Positions 44,095 to 55,196 of a stretch of 64,000 nt of DNA are shown piece by piece; within the stretch, counting starts at the first letter, position 1, and each line of letters opens with the position of its first letter. The stretch is from NCBI GenBank assembly GCA_902600395.1, contig CACKJL010000001.1:3266-67265 (forward strand). The letters run 5' to 3'. The position numbers and the translations under genes are program-made. The notes under the pieces were generated by a model that was not told the origin of the DNA, searched no databases, and saw nothing but the letters and a program-made list of their open reading frames with translations. Source of the DNA: an uncultured Prochlorococcus sp. (lineage in GTDB: Bacteria; Cyanobacteriota; Cyanobacteriia; PCC-6307; Cyanobiaceae).

Positions 44095-46359
44095 ATGATC
44101 GAGACAATTCAAGCAGACTGGATTAAATCAGAAGCCATCAACCTAGAAAATTGTTGCAATGATAATCCATTAAAAATATTAGGTCCTCATTTTTATGAAG
44201 AACAATGGGTAATAAGGGTATGGATGCCTGAAGCCGACGAAGTTAAAATAAATTTTAAAAACAACACTTACAAAGCGGAAAGCATAAACCACAAATGGCT
44301 TTTTGAAGCTATCCTGCCTGAAAATCCAAATCATAATTACGAAATAAATATTTCACGAGGAGGGGTCACACATACACAACATGACCCTTGGTCATATAGA
44401 GAAGAGTGGATGGGAGAAGTTGATAGACATCTTTTTGCAGAAGGTAATCATCATCATATTTGGGAAAAAATGGGAGCACATCTCATAGAAAAAAAGAATC
44501 AAAAAGGAGTCATGTTTTGCATTTGGGCTCCAAATGCAAAATCAATTTCGATAATAGGAGATATAAATTCTTGGGATGGGAGACATCATCCAATGCAAAA
44601 AAGATTAGGGGGAATTTGGGAACTATTTATGCCAACAATGCAAGAGGGCGACACATATAAATACGAAATAAGAACACAACAAGGTCATATCTATGAGAAA
44701 GCTGATCCATATGGTTTCCTTCATGAAATCAGACCTCAAAATGGTTCAATAGTTTCAAAATTGAAAAACTTTAATTGGAATGATAGTTCTTGGATTTCAA
44801 ATAGAGATTCTTCTAGTCAAATTAACAAGCCAATTTCAGTTTATGAAATGCATTTAGGAAGTTGGCTCCATGAATCAACAGATAACAAATATTTGGAGGA
44901 TAATGGTGAACCAAGAGACCCAGTGCCTGCAGCCGATTTAAAACCTGGAACAAGATTATTAACATATCCAGAATTAACCAAAAAACTCATCCCTTACGTA
45001 AAAGAAAGAGGATTCACTCATATTGAACTAATGCCAATATCTGAACATCCTTTCGATGGTTCATGGGGATACCAAGTTACAGGCTGGTATGCACCAACAA
45101 GTAGATTTGGCACCCCAAATGAATTTAGAGAGTTTGTAAATAAATGTCATGAAGAGGGCATAGGCGTAATTCTTGATTGGGTGCCTGGTCATTTTCCAAA
45201 AGATAAGCATGGTCTAGCATTTTTTGATGGTTGCCATCTTTATGAACATGGAGATTCACGAATAGGTGAACACAAAGAATGGGGAACCCTAATATTTAAT
45301 TACAGCAGAAATGAAGTAAGAAATTTCTTAGTAGCCAACCTCGTTTATTGGTTTGAAGAGTTTCATATTGATGGCATAAGAGTAGATGCTGTAGCTTCAA
45401 TGCTTTACAGAGATTATCTACGTCCAGATGGAGAGTGGATTCCCAATGAAAATGGTGGTAATGAAAATATAGAAGCCGTTAAATTTCTTCAACAGGCTAA
45501 TCATGTGCTCTTCCAACACTTCCCAGGTGCACTTTCTATCGCTGAAGAATCAACAACTTGGCCAATGGTAACCAAACCAACTGACATGGGAGGGTTAGGG
45601 TTTAACTTGAAATGGAATATGGGATGGATGCACGATATGCTTGATTATTTTGAAATAGATCCTTGGTTTAGGCAATTTCATCAAAATAGTGTAACTTTCT
45701 CAATTACATATAACTATACAGAGAACTTTATGCTTGCACTTAGTCATGATGAGGTTGTCCATGGGAAAAGTCATCTTTTGCATAAAATGCCTGGCGATGA
45801 CTGGAAGAAATATGCAAATACCCGAGCATTACTTACTTATATGTGGACCCACCCTGGTAAAAAAACGATATTTATGGGCATGGAATTTGGGCAAAGACAA
45901 GAATGGAATGTTTGGGATGATCTGCAATGGGAGTTACTAGAATTTGAGCCTCATAAAGGTATCAGAAACTTGATTGATGACCTAAACATTCTTTATAAAA
46001 ATGAACCTGCATTATGGAAAAATGACTTTGATCCTTATGGATTCCAATGGATTGATTGTAATGACAAATCAAATTCGGTTATAAGTTTCATGAGAAGAGA
46101 AAATGATACCAATGAGTGGCTTGTAGTTGTTGCTAACTTTACACCTAATACTCATGGGTCATACAAAGTAGGCGTTCCTGTGCAGGGATTCTATAAAGAA
46201 ATATTTAATTCAGATGGCTCTAGGTATGGGGGCAGTAACAAAGGAAATATGGGGGGTAAAGAAACTATAAACTACAATATCCATGATTATCAAAATGCTC
46301 TAGAACTTGCTTTGCCACCATTAAGCGTGAGTATCTTCAAACATCAATCAAAAAAATAA
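44095..46359 (+). CDS. glgB: 1,4-alpha-glucan branching enzyme
   Basis: [33 protein letters not shown] and SHDEVVH motifs. Confidence 0.97.
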   Translation: MIETIQADWIKSEAINLENCCNDNPLKILGPHFYEEQWVIRVWMPEADEVKINFKNNTYKAESINHKWLFEAILPENPNHNYEINISRGGVTHTQHDPWSYREEWMGEVDRHLFAEGNHHHIWEKMGAHLIEKKNQKGVMFCIWAPNAKSISIIGDINSWDGRHHPMQKRLGGIWELFMPTMQEGDTYKYEIRTQQGHIYEKADPYGFLHEIRPQNGSIVSKLKNFNWNDSSWISNRDSSSQINKPISVYEMHLGSWLHESTDNKYLEDNGEPRDPVPAADLKPGTRLLTYPELTKKLIPYVKERGFTHIELMPISEHPFDGSWGYQVTGWYAPTSRFGTPNEFREFVNKCHEEGIGVILDWVPGHFPKDKHGLAFFDGCHLYEHGDSRIGEHKEWGTLIFNYSRNEVRNFLVANLVYWFEEFHIDGIRVDAVASMLYRDYLRPDGEWIPNENGGNENIEAVKFLQQANHVLFQHFPGALSIAEESTTWPMVTKPTDMGGLGFNLKWNMGWMHDMLDYFEIDPWFRQFHQNSVTFSITYNYTENFMLALSHDEVVHGKSHLLHKMPGDDWKKYANTRALLTYMWTHPGKKTIFMGMEFGQRQEWNVWDDLQWELLEFEPHKGIRNLIDDLNILYKNEPALWKNDFDPYGFQWIDCNDKSNSVISFMRRENDTNEWLVVVANFTPNTHGSYKVGVPVQGFYKEIFNSDGSRYGGSNKGNMGGKETINYNIHDYQNALELALPPLSVSIFKHQSKK

Positions 46360-46476
46360 GAAGGGTCATTTAACTAAGTGCTTCATATAAATGTTCATAT
46401 AACGCTTTTGCTCTGCTTTACATTGTAAGATTTTTAAGTTGGATTTTAATTTTTTTTAAAAATATCGATTTGAAAA

Positions 46477-47517
46477 ATGGGTCAAGATTTACCACTACTC
46501 CTTTCTGCCGCATTAGGTAAAAAAGTAAATAGGCCTCCAGTATGGATGATGAGGCAAGCAGGAAGATATATGAAAATCTATAGAGATTTAAGGGAGCGCT
46601 ACCCAAGCTTTAGAGAGAGGTCTGAAAATCCTGAACTATCATATGAAATTTCAATGCAGCCTTTTCATGCTTTCAAACCAGATGGAGTGATCCTTTTTTC
46701 AGATATTCTCACACCTCTTCCAGGGATGGGCATAAATTTTGAAATAATAGAAAGTAAAGGTCCAATAATTGAGGAACCAATAAGAACTCTTAACCAAATA
46801 AAAAATTTAAAAGAATTAAATCCAAGTGAGAGTTTAAGTTTTGTTGGGCAAGTTCTTTCTTCACTAAAAAAAGATGTGAATAATGAGGCAACAGTTTTAG
46901 GTTTTGTTGGCGCGCCTTGGACTCTAGCCGCATATGTAGTTGAAGGTAAAAGCAGTAAAAATTATTCTTTAATAAAATCAATGGCTTTTAAAGAACCAGA
47001 TTTACTTCATAAACTTCTTGATCATTTTGCAAAATGCATTGGTGAATATCTTAAATATCAAATAAAATCTGGAGCGCAAGTAGTCCAAATTTTTGATTCA
47101 TGGGCTGGTCAACTAAGCCCACAAGATTACGATATCTTTGCTGGCCCGTATCAAAAAAAGGTTGTTGACATTGTAAAAGCGGAATACCCAGAAACACCAG
47201 TAATTCTTTACATTTCAGGAAGTGCTGGTGTCATAGAAAGAATGGCAAAAACTGGAGTCGATATAATCTCATTAGATTGGACAGTAGATATTGAAGAGGC
47301 TTGTAAGAGAATCCCTAGCGGGATAGGAATTCAAGGTAATGTTGACCCCGGCATTTTATTCGGGAACAAAGAATCAATAAAAGAAAGGATAGATAATACT
47401 TTCAATAAAATTAATGACAGAAAATATATTCTTAATTTGGGTCATGGGATTTTACCTGGGACTCCAGAAGAAAATGCTCAAACATTTTTTGAACATGGGA
47501 AAAAACTCACTTACTAG
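46477..47517 (+). CDS. hemE: Uroporphyrinogen decarboxylase
   Basis: [22 protein letters not shown] and NLGHG motifs. Confidence 0.97.
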   Translation: MGQDLPLLLSAALGKKVNRPPVWMMRQAGRYMKIYRDLRERYPSFRERSENPELSYEISMQPFHAFKPDGVILFSDILTPLPGMGINFEIIESKGPIIEEPIRTLNQIKNLKELNPSESLSFVGQVLSSLKKDVNNEATVLGFVGAPWTLAAYVVEGKSSKNYSLIKSMAFKEPDLLHKLLDHFAKCIGEYLKYQIKSGAQVVQIFDSWAGQLSPQDYDIFAGPYQKKVVDIVKAEYPETPVILYISGSAGVIERMAKTGVDIISLDWTVDIEEACKRIPSGIGIQGNVDPGILFGNKESIKERIDNTFNKINDRKYILNLGHGILPGTPEENAQTFFEHGKKLTY

Positions 47518-47525
47518 TCAAAGTC

Positions 47526-48509
47526 TTGGCATATAAAAACTTATTAATCACAGGTGCGAATGGATGTGTTGGCCAATATTTAGTTGATTGGTTTTTAAAA
47601 AACACAAAATTCAGGCTTTATCTAATGGTAAGAGACAAAAATAAGTTGCCAATTTCTGTTCAAGAAAATAAAAAAGTTAAGTTAATGGTCTGTGATATTA
47701 GGGAATCATATAGGTATAAAAAGGAAATTAGTCAGATTAATTACCTAATACATACTGCTACAGCTTGGGGAGATCCAAAAAGAGCCTATGAAGTAAACAT
47801 TAAAGCCTTTGAAGAATTACTTGAAATGCTTGATATTGACAAGTTAGAAAAGATTATTTATTTTTCAACAGCTAGCATTCTTGATACCCAAACAGAATTA
47901 ATGAGGGAATCATTGATTTATGGAACAGAGTATATTCAAACAAAATATGAATGTTTCCAGAGACTTAGAAAAAGCTCATTTGCAGAAAAAACTTTCGCTG
48001 TTTTCCCTACCTTGGTTTTTGGAGGAAATCTTGGAAAAAAAAGTAAATATCCCGTAAGTTATTTAACTAGTGGATTGAAAGAAATCGGGAAATGGCTTTG
48101 GTTAGCAAGATTTTTAAAACTCGATTCTAAATTTCACTTTATACACGCAAATGATATCGCCCAGATTTGCGGGTTTCTAATTAAAAATCATAAAGAAGAG
48201 CAATACAAAGGCTTTAGAAAATTTGTCCTAGGTCAAAAATTCATTTCAATTGATCATGCCATAATTACACTTTTAAAAAGAAACAATATGAGGAGATATT
48301 TTGCGATACCCCTTACAAAAAATATTCTAAAAATATTATTAAGAATTCTTCCCATCCAAACCACCCCTTGGGATAGCTTCAGTATCAAGAAATATGACTT
48401 TAATCATGTCCCCATCACTAATCCTGAGACTTTCAAACTTAAAAGTTATGCCAAATCACTAAATGATATTTTAAGGTTATCAAAGTTACCAAGCTGTAAT
48501 AACAATTAA
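47526..48509 (+). CDS. NAD-dependent epimerase/dehydratase (extended SDR)
   Basis: ITGANGCVG, STAS and YxxxK (YIQTK) motifs. Confidence 0.85.
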   Translation: MAYKNLLITGANGCVGQYLVDWFLKNTKFRLYLMVRDKNKLPISVQENKKVKLMVCDIRESYRYKKEISQINYLIHTATAWGDPKRAYEVNIKAFEELLEMLDIDKLEKIIYFSTASILDTQTELMRESLIYGTEYIQTKYECFQRLRKSSFAEKTFAVFPTLVFGGNLGKKSKYPVSYLTSGLKEIGKWLWLARFLKLDSKFHFIHANDIAQICGFLIKNHKEEQYKGFRKFVLGQKFISIDHAIITLLKRNNMRRYFAIPLTKNILKILLRILPIQTTPWDSFSIKKYDFNHVPITNPETFKLKSYAKSLNDILRLSKLPSCNNN

Positions 48510-48569
48510 AATTCTCACAGTTAGGCTCCCAAAGCCTTGTAATATATATAAATAAGTAAATTTTAAATT

Positions 48570-48920
48570 ATGTTACGTTCAATCTTTGCAGGGTTATTCG
48601 CAATAGTTTTAACTCTAAGTCTAGGAATTTCATCAGTTTCAGCTAAAACTGTTGAAGTAAAACTTGGAACGGATGCTGGAATGCTTGCATTTGAACCAAG
48701 TACAGTAACCATTAGTGCTGGTGATACAGTTAAATTCGTCAATAATAAACTTGCCCCTCACAATGCTGTTTTTGATGGGCATGAGGAATTAAGTCATGCA
48801 GACCTAGCTTTTGCTCCAGGAGAGTCTTGGGAAGAAACATTTGATACTGCTGGAACTTATGATTACTATTGCGAGCCACACAGAGGCGCCGGAATGGTAG
48901 GTAAAGTTATTGTTGAATAA
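48570..48920 (+). CDS. petE: Plastocyanin
   Basis: Signal peptide; copper ligands PHN and [11 protein letters not shown]. Confidence 0.97.
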   Translation: MLRSIFAGLFAIVLTLSLGISSVSAKTVEVKLGTDAGMLAFEPSTVTISAGDTVKFVNNKLAPHNAVFDGHEELSHADLAFAPGESWEETFDTAGTYDYYCEPHRGAGMVGKVIVE

Positions 48921-48921
48921 A

Positions 48922-48958
48922 TTATTTAATACTTAAGTAGTTTTTATTTAATACTTAA
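48922..48958. repeat. Perfect 15-bp direct repeat TTATTTAATACTTAA, 22-bp period
   Basis: Copies at 48922-48936 and 48944-48958 in the petE-clpB intergenic region. Confidence 0.85.
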
Positions 48959-48983
48959 TACAGTCATAATTATATTTTGATTG

Positions 48984-51566
48984 ATGAAAATAGTTCCAGG
49001 CGAATTCTCTAATTCTGCATGGAGCTGTTTTCTTTTGGCCAAAGAAATTTCTTATAAAAATTATCAACAAAATGTAGACTCTGATAATTTATTATTAGCT
49101 CTTATAAAAGATGACAATATTACAAAAAAGATTTTAAAAAAAAATAATGTAAATCTAAAAGATCTTGAGAGGGAAATAATTTCTTCATTAAATGCGAAGG
49201 CAAAAATGAAAAATAAACAAGATAATTTATATATTGGTGATACTCTTCACAAAATATTTTTGAAGGCAAATGATATTAAAAATACTTTAAATGATGTAGT
49301 GATATCAACAGAACACTTAGTTTACTGTTTCACTTATGATGATAAATATGGATTTCAAATTTTAAATCAAAAAGGTATTCCAGAATTTCTTGAAATTATA
49401 AAGAAAATGAAGTCAGATCCGGCATTAAAACATGAATTTAATAGTTCTAATGAATCTTTGGAAAAATATGGTATTGATCTAACTCAATCTGCACGAGATG
49501 GGATTTTAGACCCTGTTATTGGTAGGGATGAAGAGATTAGAAGAACAATTCAAATATTGAGTAGAAGAACAAAAAATAATCCAGTTCTTATTGGAGAACC
49601 TGGGGTTGGGAAAACAGCCATTGTAGAAGGGTTAGCTCAAAGAATTATTAATGGCGATGTACCTTCTGCGCTACAAGATAGGAAACTAATTTCATTAGAT
49701 ATGGGTTTACTTTTAGCTGGAGCAAAATATCGTGGAGAATTTGAAGAAAGAATAAAAAATATTCTAAAGAAAGTGAAAGAATCAGACGGTAAGATTATTC
49801 TTTTTATTGATGAAATTCATACGGTAGTTGGTGCAGGCGCGAGTGGAGGTTCTTTAGATGCAAGCAACCTATTAAAACCAATGCTTGCTAGAGGAGAACT
49901 TAGATGTATTGGTGCTACAACTATTAATGAACATAAACAAAATATAGAAAAAGATCCTGCTTTAGAACGAAGATTTCAAAAGATAAAAGTTGATGCTCCT
50001 TCAATAGATGATACTGTATCAATTTTAAGAGGATTGAGAGAAAAATACGAAGTTCATCATAGTGTGAGGATTTCTGATAATGCTTTAGTTGCTGCTGCAA
50101 CCCTTAGCGAAAGATATATTAACGATAGATTTCTTCCTGACAAAGCAATAGATCTAATCGATGAAGCAGCCTCAAGATTAAATATGGTCATAACTTCCAA
50201 ACCTGAAGAAATTGATGAAATTGATCGAAAAGTTCTACAGTTTGAGATGGAAAAATTATCTTTAAAAAGAGAAACGGATGATTTTTCTATAGAAAGATTA
50301 AAAAAAATCAATAATGAACTTATATCCCTTAAAGATAAACAGGCAGAATTAGGCACTCAATGGAAAAAAGAAAAAAATGAAATTGATGAGATTAGCACCA
50401 TAAAAGAAGAAATTGAATCTGTTCAATTGCAAATAGATCAAGCCAAAAGGAGTTTTGACCTCAACAAAGCAGCAGAATTAGAATTTGGAACTTTAAATTC
50501 TTTGCAAAAAAAATTGAAAGAAAAAAGTGAGTCCCTAGCAAATTCTCAAAAAAATGGAGATACAAGTCTTTTAAGACAAGAGGTAACTTTTGATGATATT
50601 GCTGAAGTTGTCTCAAAGTGGACCTCTATTCCAGTACAGAACTTAAACCAGTCAGAAAAAGATAAACTCTTGAGCCTCGAGTCAATCCTTAAAGAAAAAA
50701 TTATTGGTCAAGATAGTGCAATTAGGGCAGTTGCAGATTCCATTAAGAGATCAAGGACTGGTCTAAATGATCCAAGCAAGCCATTAGCCAGTTTTCTCTT
50801 TTTAGGGCCAACTGGTGTAGGGAAAACAGAGCTAAGTAAAGTAACAGCCAAAATAATATTCGATTCAAATTCCTCAATTATAAGACTGGATATGTCTGAA
50901 TATATGGAAAAGCATTCAGTGAGCAAAATTATAGGTGCGCCTCCTGGATATTTAGGTTTCGAATCAGGGGGTCAACTAACTGAAGCTGTACGCAAAAATC
51001 CTTATTCATTGATACTCCTAGATGAAATAGAGAAAGCTCACAAAGATATTTTAGATATTCTCTTACAGGTTCTTGATGATGGAATCATCACTGATGGTCA
51101 AGGTCGTATAATCAATTTCAAAAATTCAATCATTGTTCTCACAAGTAATTTAGGAAGTCAATCAATAAATGATTTATCAGTTAGAAAAGAAGATACAAAT
51201 GAAATTAAAAAAGTTGTAGATAATGAAATTAAAAAATTTTTCAAGCCTGAGTTTTTAAATCGACTTGATGAAATAGTTATTTTTAATAATTTAGAATTAA
51301 ATGACATAAAAGAAATTGCAAAAATCCAGCTTCAACATTTAGAAAAAAGACTTAACAAAAAAAACTTAAAATTCAAAATTACGGATGAAGCAATTAACCA
51401 ACTTGTCGAAAATAGTTTCGATCATGCCTATGGTGCAAGGCCTTTAAAAAGAATTATTCAAAAACAAATTGAGACAAAAATTTCAAATAATATATTGAAT
51501 AATCATTACCTTAATAAAGACGAGATTAATATTTATCTGATTAATGGAGAGATAAATGTTGATTAA
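48984..51566 (+). CDS. clpB: ClpB AAA+ disaggregase (divergent paralog)
   Basis: Two NBDs ([13 protein letters not shown] and [14 protein letters not shown]), coiled-coil M domain, YGARPL. Confidence 0.93.
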   Translation: MKIVPGEFSNSAWSCFLLAKEISYKNYQQNVDSDNLLLALIKDDNITKKILKKNNVNLKDLEREIISSLNAKAKMKNKQDNLYIGDTLHKIFLKANDIKNTLNDVVISTEHLVYCFTYDDKYGFQILNQKGIPEFLEIIKKMKSDPALKHEFNSSNESLEKYGIDLTQSARDGILDPVIGRDEEIRRTIQILSRRTKNNPVLIGEPGVGKTAIVEGLAQRIINGDVPSALQDRKLISLDMGLLLAGAKYRGEFEERIKNILKKVKESDGKIILFIDEIHTVVGAGASGGSLDASNLLKPMLARGELRCIGATTINEHKQNIEKDPALERRFQKIKVDAPSIDDTVSILRGLREKYEVHHSVRISDNALVAAATLSERYINDRFLPDKAIDLIDEAASRLNMVITSKPEEIDEIDRKVLQFEMEKLSLKRETDDFSIERLKKINNELISLKDKQAELGTQWKKEKNEIDEISTIKEEIESVQLQIDQAKRSFDLNKAAELEFGTLNSLQKKLKEKSESLANSQKNGDTSLLRQEVTFDDIAEVVSKWTSIPVQNLNQSEKDKLLSLESILKEKIIGQDSAIRAVADSIKRSRTGLNDPSKPLASFLFLGPTGVGKTELSKVTAKIIFDSNSSIIRLDMSEYMEKHSVSKIIGAPPGYLGFESGGQLTEAVRKNPYSLILLDEIEKAHKDILDILLQVLDDGIITDGQGRIINFKNSIIVLTSNLGSQSINDLSVRKEDTNEIKKVVDNEIKKFFKPEFLNRLDEIVIFNNLELNDIKEIAKIQLQHLEKRLNKKNLKFKITDEAINQLVENSFDHAYGARPLKRIIQKQIETKISNNILNNHYLNKDEINIYLINGEINVD

Positions 51567-51614
51567 ATATCTAATTAAAGAATCCTATATGACTTTAAAA
51601 TTAACAACTTTAAT

Positions 51615-52085
51615 CTAAGATTTGAACCAATCAGGAATTTCCTCATAACTTGCTTTATTCGATCTATTTTCTTTTGATTCTGTTTTCCAACAACATGTTC
51701 TGCCCTTATCCTTATCCTGTAAGTATTCATTAGCCCATCTCCAAATTAATTCAGAGGTAAACTCCATTCCTACATTATCCATAATTCTCAGATCTAAAGC
51801 ATCTAAGTCATGTAATTTTTCCCAGTAATTCAGCAAAGGGTCATCTTTATTTATTAGAAAAGTATGGTCAAATTGCTCCTTTAGTCTATTTTCTAGGGGC
51901 TTTAGACCTGAAAAATCGACAATAAAACCATTTAGGTCTAATTTTTTTGCAGTGAACCAAAAGGTGAATGATCTTGAATATCCATGGACAAATCTGCAGT
52001 GGCCTTCATGGCGCCATTGCCTATGTGAACAGGGAAAATCCTCGTAACTTTTGCTGCATGAAAATTTCAGAGAATGAATATACAT
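51615..52085 (-). CDS. queD: 6-carboxytetrahydropterin synthase (PTPS family)
   Basis: HRQ..H..C...HGY, VDF and FDH..L motifs. Confidence 0.8.
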   Translation of the reverse strand: MYIHSLKFSCSKSYEDFPCSHRQWRHEGHCRFVHGYSRSFTFWFTAKKLDLNGFIVDFSGLKPLENRLKEQFDHTFLINKDDPLLNYWEKLHDLDALDLRIMDNVGMEFTSELIWRWANEYLQDKDKGRTCCWKTESKENRSNKASYEEIPDWFKS

Positions 52086-52148
52086 CAATTAACTGTTAGG
52101 ATAATTTTTAATAAAACACATTGAGTAGCATTTAACATAACGAACATA

Positions 52149-52808
52149 ATGACTTATTCAACTAATTTTTCGATAGAGGATCTACGCTTTGATAATTATG
52201 GATTAATCCCTGCAATAGCACAAGATTGGCTTGACGGATCAATTCTTATGCTTGCTTGGATGAACAAAGAATCTTTGACAATGACACTTGAAACCAAAAA
52301 CGTTCATTATTGGAGTAGATCAAGATCCGAAATTTGGAGAAAAGGAGCTACAAGTGGAAGTACCCAAATACTTAAGGAGATAAGATTCGACTGCGATAAT
52401 GATGCACTAATCCTTTTGATTGAACAAAATGGTTCAGGGGCATGTCACACTGGGGAAAAAAGTTGTTTTTTCAACGAAATCAAAATTAATCAAAGTGATA
52501 AAAAAGAGAAAAAAACAACTCCCTTCTCCAATATTTGCTCTGAATTATTCAATACAATTAACGAAAGATCAATGAATCCATCAGAAAAAAGTTACACAAA
52601 TCATTTATTAACAAAAGGTAGTAATACTATTTTGAAAAAAATAGGAGAGGAATCTGCAGAATTTATAATGGCTTGCAAAGATAATGATAAAAATTCAATC
52701 TCAAATGAAGCTGCTGATTTAATTTATCATCTGCAGGTAGCCCTTATGCATAAAGGGGTTGAATGGAGAGATATACTTGCTGTTCTAGAATCAAGAAGAA
52801 AAAATTAA
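52149..52808 (+). CDS. hisIE: Bifunctional phosphoribosyl-AMP cyclohydrolase/phosphoribosyl-ATP diphosphatase
   Basis: WSRSR..W.KG.TSG, DCDND, ACHTG..SCF, KIGEE and EAADLIYH motifs. Confidence 0.96.
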   Translation: MTYSTNFSIEDLRFDNYGLIPAIAQDWLDGSILMLAWMNKESLTMTLETKNVHYWSRSRSEIWRKGATSGSTQILKEIRFDCDNDALILLIEQNGSGACHTGEKSCFFNEIKINQSDKKEKKTTPFSNICSELFNTINERSMNPSEKSYTNHLLTKGSNTILKKIGEESAEFIMACKDNDKNSISNEAADLIYHLQVALMHKGVEWRDILAVLESRRKN

Positions 52809-52968
52809 ACAATTAAAGTTTATATTTTTTATATTTTTTTCCTAAAATTTTAAAAAATCATGTTAGTTAACTAATTAATAATTATTAATTAAATATTAAT
52901 TAATTATTACATGTATGGCTAATTACTGGATTAACTATAAGTTAAATATATCAACAATGAGGTAAATC

Positions 52969-53892
52969 GTGAGTTCATTAAGCGATTTTCTTGGTGAAAT
53001 AGGTCGTCATCAACTTTTGACTCCCGAAAGAGAACTCACAATGGGCAGAAAAGTCCAAGAAATGGTAGTACTTGTTAATAGATGTCAAGAGGCAGGAGGG
53101 AAAGGCCCCGCTTGTGAATACTCTGAAGCTGAGAGAAAAAAGATAAAAATTGGTGAAAAAGCTAAAAACGAGATGATAACAGCCAATCTAAGACTAGTTG
53201 TCAACCTTGCCAAGAGATACCAAGGGAAAGGGTTAGAATTACTGGACTTAATTCAGGAGGGTACATTAGGTCTTACAAGGGCCGTAGAAAAATATGATCC
53301 GTCTAGAGGACATAGATTTTCCACCTATGCTTATTGGTGGATTAGGCAAGGTTTAAATAGAGCATTGTCAACTCAAAGTAGAACGATAAGGATCCCTGTT
53401 AACATCAATGAGAAACTTACAAAACTAAGATCAGCAAAATCAAAGCTTATGCAACTTAAGGGTATTCCACCTACTAGTAATGAGCTAGCTGAAGAAATGA
53501 AAATAACCAAAGAGGAAATTGACGAACTCCTTTCTTGTGAATTGAGAAGCATCACTGTTAGTCTCCAAGGTACTGTTAAATCAAAATCAGATCCTTCCGA
53601 GTTAGTTGATATTCTTCCAAGTGATCAAACTCCCCCAATGGAATTAGCCGAATTAGCCGAAAGGACAGCCTCGGCTTGGAAGTTATTAGATAAAGCAAAT
53701 TTAACTGAGAAAGAAAGAAAGATAGTAAGCTTAAGATTTGGTTTAGACGGCTCAAATGAATGGAGAACTTTAGCTGAAGTTGCAAGACATATGAGTTGTA
53801 GCAGGGAATATTGCCGACAAGTTGTTCAACGTGCTTTAAGAAAACTTAGAAAAGCAGGAATACAGAATGGATTAGTTGATAGTATTAGCTAA
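52969..53892 (+). CDS. Group-2 (RpoD-like) RNA polymerase sigma factor
   Basis: ANLRLVV, DLIQEG.LGL.RAVEKYD, FSTYAYWWIRQ and region-4 HTH; no region 1.1; GTG start with GAGG SD. Confidence 0.95.
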   Translation: MSSLSDFLGEIGRHQLLTPERELTMGRKVQEMVVLVNRCQEAGGKGPACEYSEAERKKIKIGEKAKNEMITANLRLVVNLAKRYQGKGLELLDLIQEGTLGLTRAVEKYDPSRGHRFSTYAYWWIRQGLNRALSTQSRTIRIPVNINEKLTKLRSAKSKLMQLKGIPPTSNELAEEMKITKEEIDELLSCELRSITVSLQGTVKSKSDPSELVDILPSDQTPPMELAELAERTASAWKLLDKANLTEKERKIVSLRFGLDGSNEWRTLAEVARHMSCSREYCRQVVQRALRKLRKAGIQNGLVDSIS

Positions 53893-53929
53893 AAATTTCA
53901 TTAAAAATATTTAAATTTCATTTATAAGG

Positions 53930-54298
53930 ATGAAAGAGAATTACAAAACTCAAGAAAAAGTCTATGATGCTGAAGTTTTAGAAAGTTCAACATTTGATGA
54001 AAATATCATTATCAAGATTCTCATTAAAGCGGGAAGAACAATTGCCAAGCCTGCTTTAGAAGTTTTGGAGATGGCATTAGATCCTTATACTCCTGCACAA
54101 GTGAGAGTTTCATTAATGGCTGCTTTAGCATATTTGATTATGCCATTTGATCTTTTCCCTGACTTTATGCCTTTAGTTGGTTTTAGTGATGATTTTGTAG
54201 CCCTCACAGCAGTACTCAGTATATGGAGCAAATACATGACTCCTTCAATAAGAGCAAGAGCAGAGAATAAGCTTAATAAGTTATTTCCTTTTTATTAA
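53930..54298 (+). CDS. DUF1232 (YkvA) family membrane protein
   Basis: ALAYLIMPFDLFPDFMPLVGFSDD signature. Confidence 0.9.
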   Translation: MKENYKTQEKVYDAEVLESSTFDENIIIKILIKAGRTIAKPALEVLEMALDPYTPAQVRVSLMAALAYLIMPFDLFPDFMPLVGFSDDFVALTAVLSIWSKYMTPSIRARAENKLNKLFPFY

Positions 54299-54619
54299 AT
54301 GAGTAAATTATCTATAAAGGAAGAAAAAGAACTCGTCTCCTTCATTAAAGATTGGTTAAAAACGCATGGATTTACCCAAAAAGACTTAGCAAATGAATTA
54401 AATATCAAATCGAGTAGAACCTCCGAGATTATTCTCAAAATGAAAGAATTATATAAAAAAGGCGGCATGTTCAATATTGCAAAAAATCTTATAAAGATTG
54501 AGCAAAAATGGTTAAATAATATCAAGAACGACTATCTAGAAACAAAACAAACACCACCATATAATCAATTAGATATCGACTCATTAGTAAACCAGATAAA
54601 TAAAGATACTAGTAAATAA
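54299..54619 (+). CDS. Hypothetical protein with Cro/XRE-like HTH segment
   Basis: IKDWLKTHGFTQKDLANELNIKSSRTSEI; ATG directly follows the DUF1232 stop. Confidence 0.65.
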   Translation: MSKLSIKEEKELVSFIKDWLKTHGFTQKDLANELNIKSSRTSEIILKMKELYKKGGMFNIAKNLIKIEQKWLNNIKNDYLETKQTPPYNQLDIDSLVNQINKDTSK

Positions 54620-54636
54620 AGATACTAGTAAATAAA
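54597..54636. repeat. 16-bp tandem duplication (TAAATAAAGATACTAG x2.5)
   Basis: Exact copies at 54597-54612 and 54613-54628, partial copy at 54629-54636. Confidence 0.9.
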
Positions 54637-54829
54637 TATTATTTAAAATAATATATTTTTAATTAAAAATGATAAAACCTTTTAAAACTAACTTTTAAAT
54701 AAATATCGTTTTAACTCCTAAATAAGATAAATAATTGAATTATTAAAGCAAAAATAATATGTATTTTTAAGTTGAATTAATTCTTTTAATAAATAGTTAA
54801 TTATTACTAAATTTTTTCGTAAATCATAT

Positions 54830-55099
54830 TTAAAATGCTTGAATCCATGGATAAATATCATAATTAATCCATATACCTTTCTCCCAATATATATCCTCTT
54901 CAATAAGATCTTTCAACTCGTTTACATCATTAGCATTAAAAATTCCAAACAAATATTTGGCGCATTTTGTTGGCCCTAATGTAACTAAAATATCGCTATC
55001 TTTTAAGTTTTTAAGTCTCTTAAGATGTTGTTCTCGAAATGGTTCCCTTTTAATAATTGCATCTTCACAGTACCTTCCAAAAACTACAAACTTTTCCAT
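54830..55099 (-). CDS. YciI-family protein
   Basis: KREPFREQHL, LGPT and DIYW..GIW motifs; ATG at 55099 preferred. Confidence 0.85.
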   Translation of the reverse strand: MEKFVVFGRYCEDAIIKREPFREQHLKRLKNLKDSDILVTLGPTKCAKYLFGIFNANDVNELKDLIEEDIYWEKGIWINYDIYPWIQAF

Positions 55100-55196
55100 T
55101 TTTAAATATAAATAATAGAATGAATAGATACTTAATAATTGCATATATTACACGCAGATTGCTATGTTATTTAATACAACTTTCTTTTAATTAATT

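Noticed and set aside
44019-46370. AATGACCC / GGGTCATT inverted pair flanking glgB
   Set aside because: Only 8 bp are exact, one copy lies in coding sequence, and there is no transposase or target duplication; likely chance
51615-52085. queD as part of a 7-deazaguanine DNA-modification (dpd) system
   Set aside because: No dpdA/tgt-like, queC or queE genes are nearby, and the context is housekeeping (clpB, hisIE)
54620-54829. AT-rich tract as an oriC unwinding element
   Set aside because: No DnaA boxes are visible and it lies about 7.5 kb from dnaA; the overlapping 61-aa ORF (54718-54903) also looks spurious
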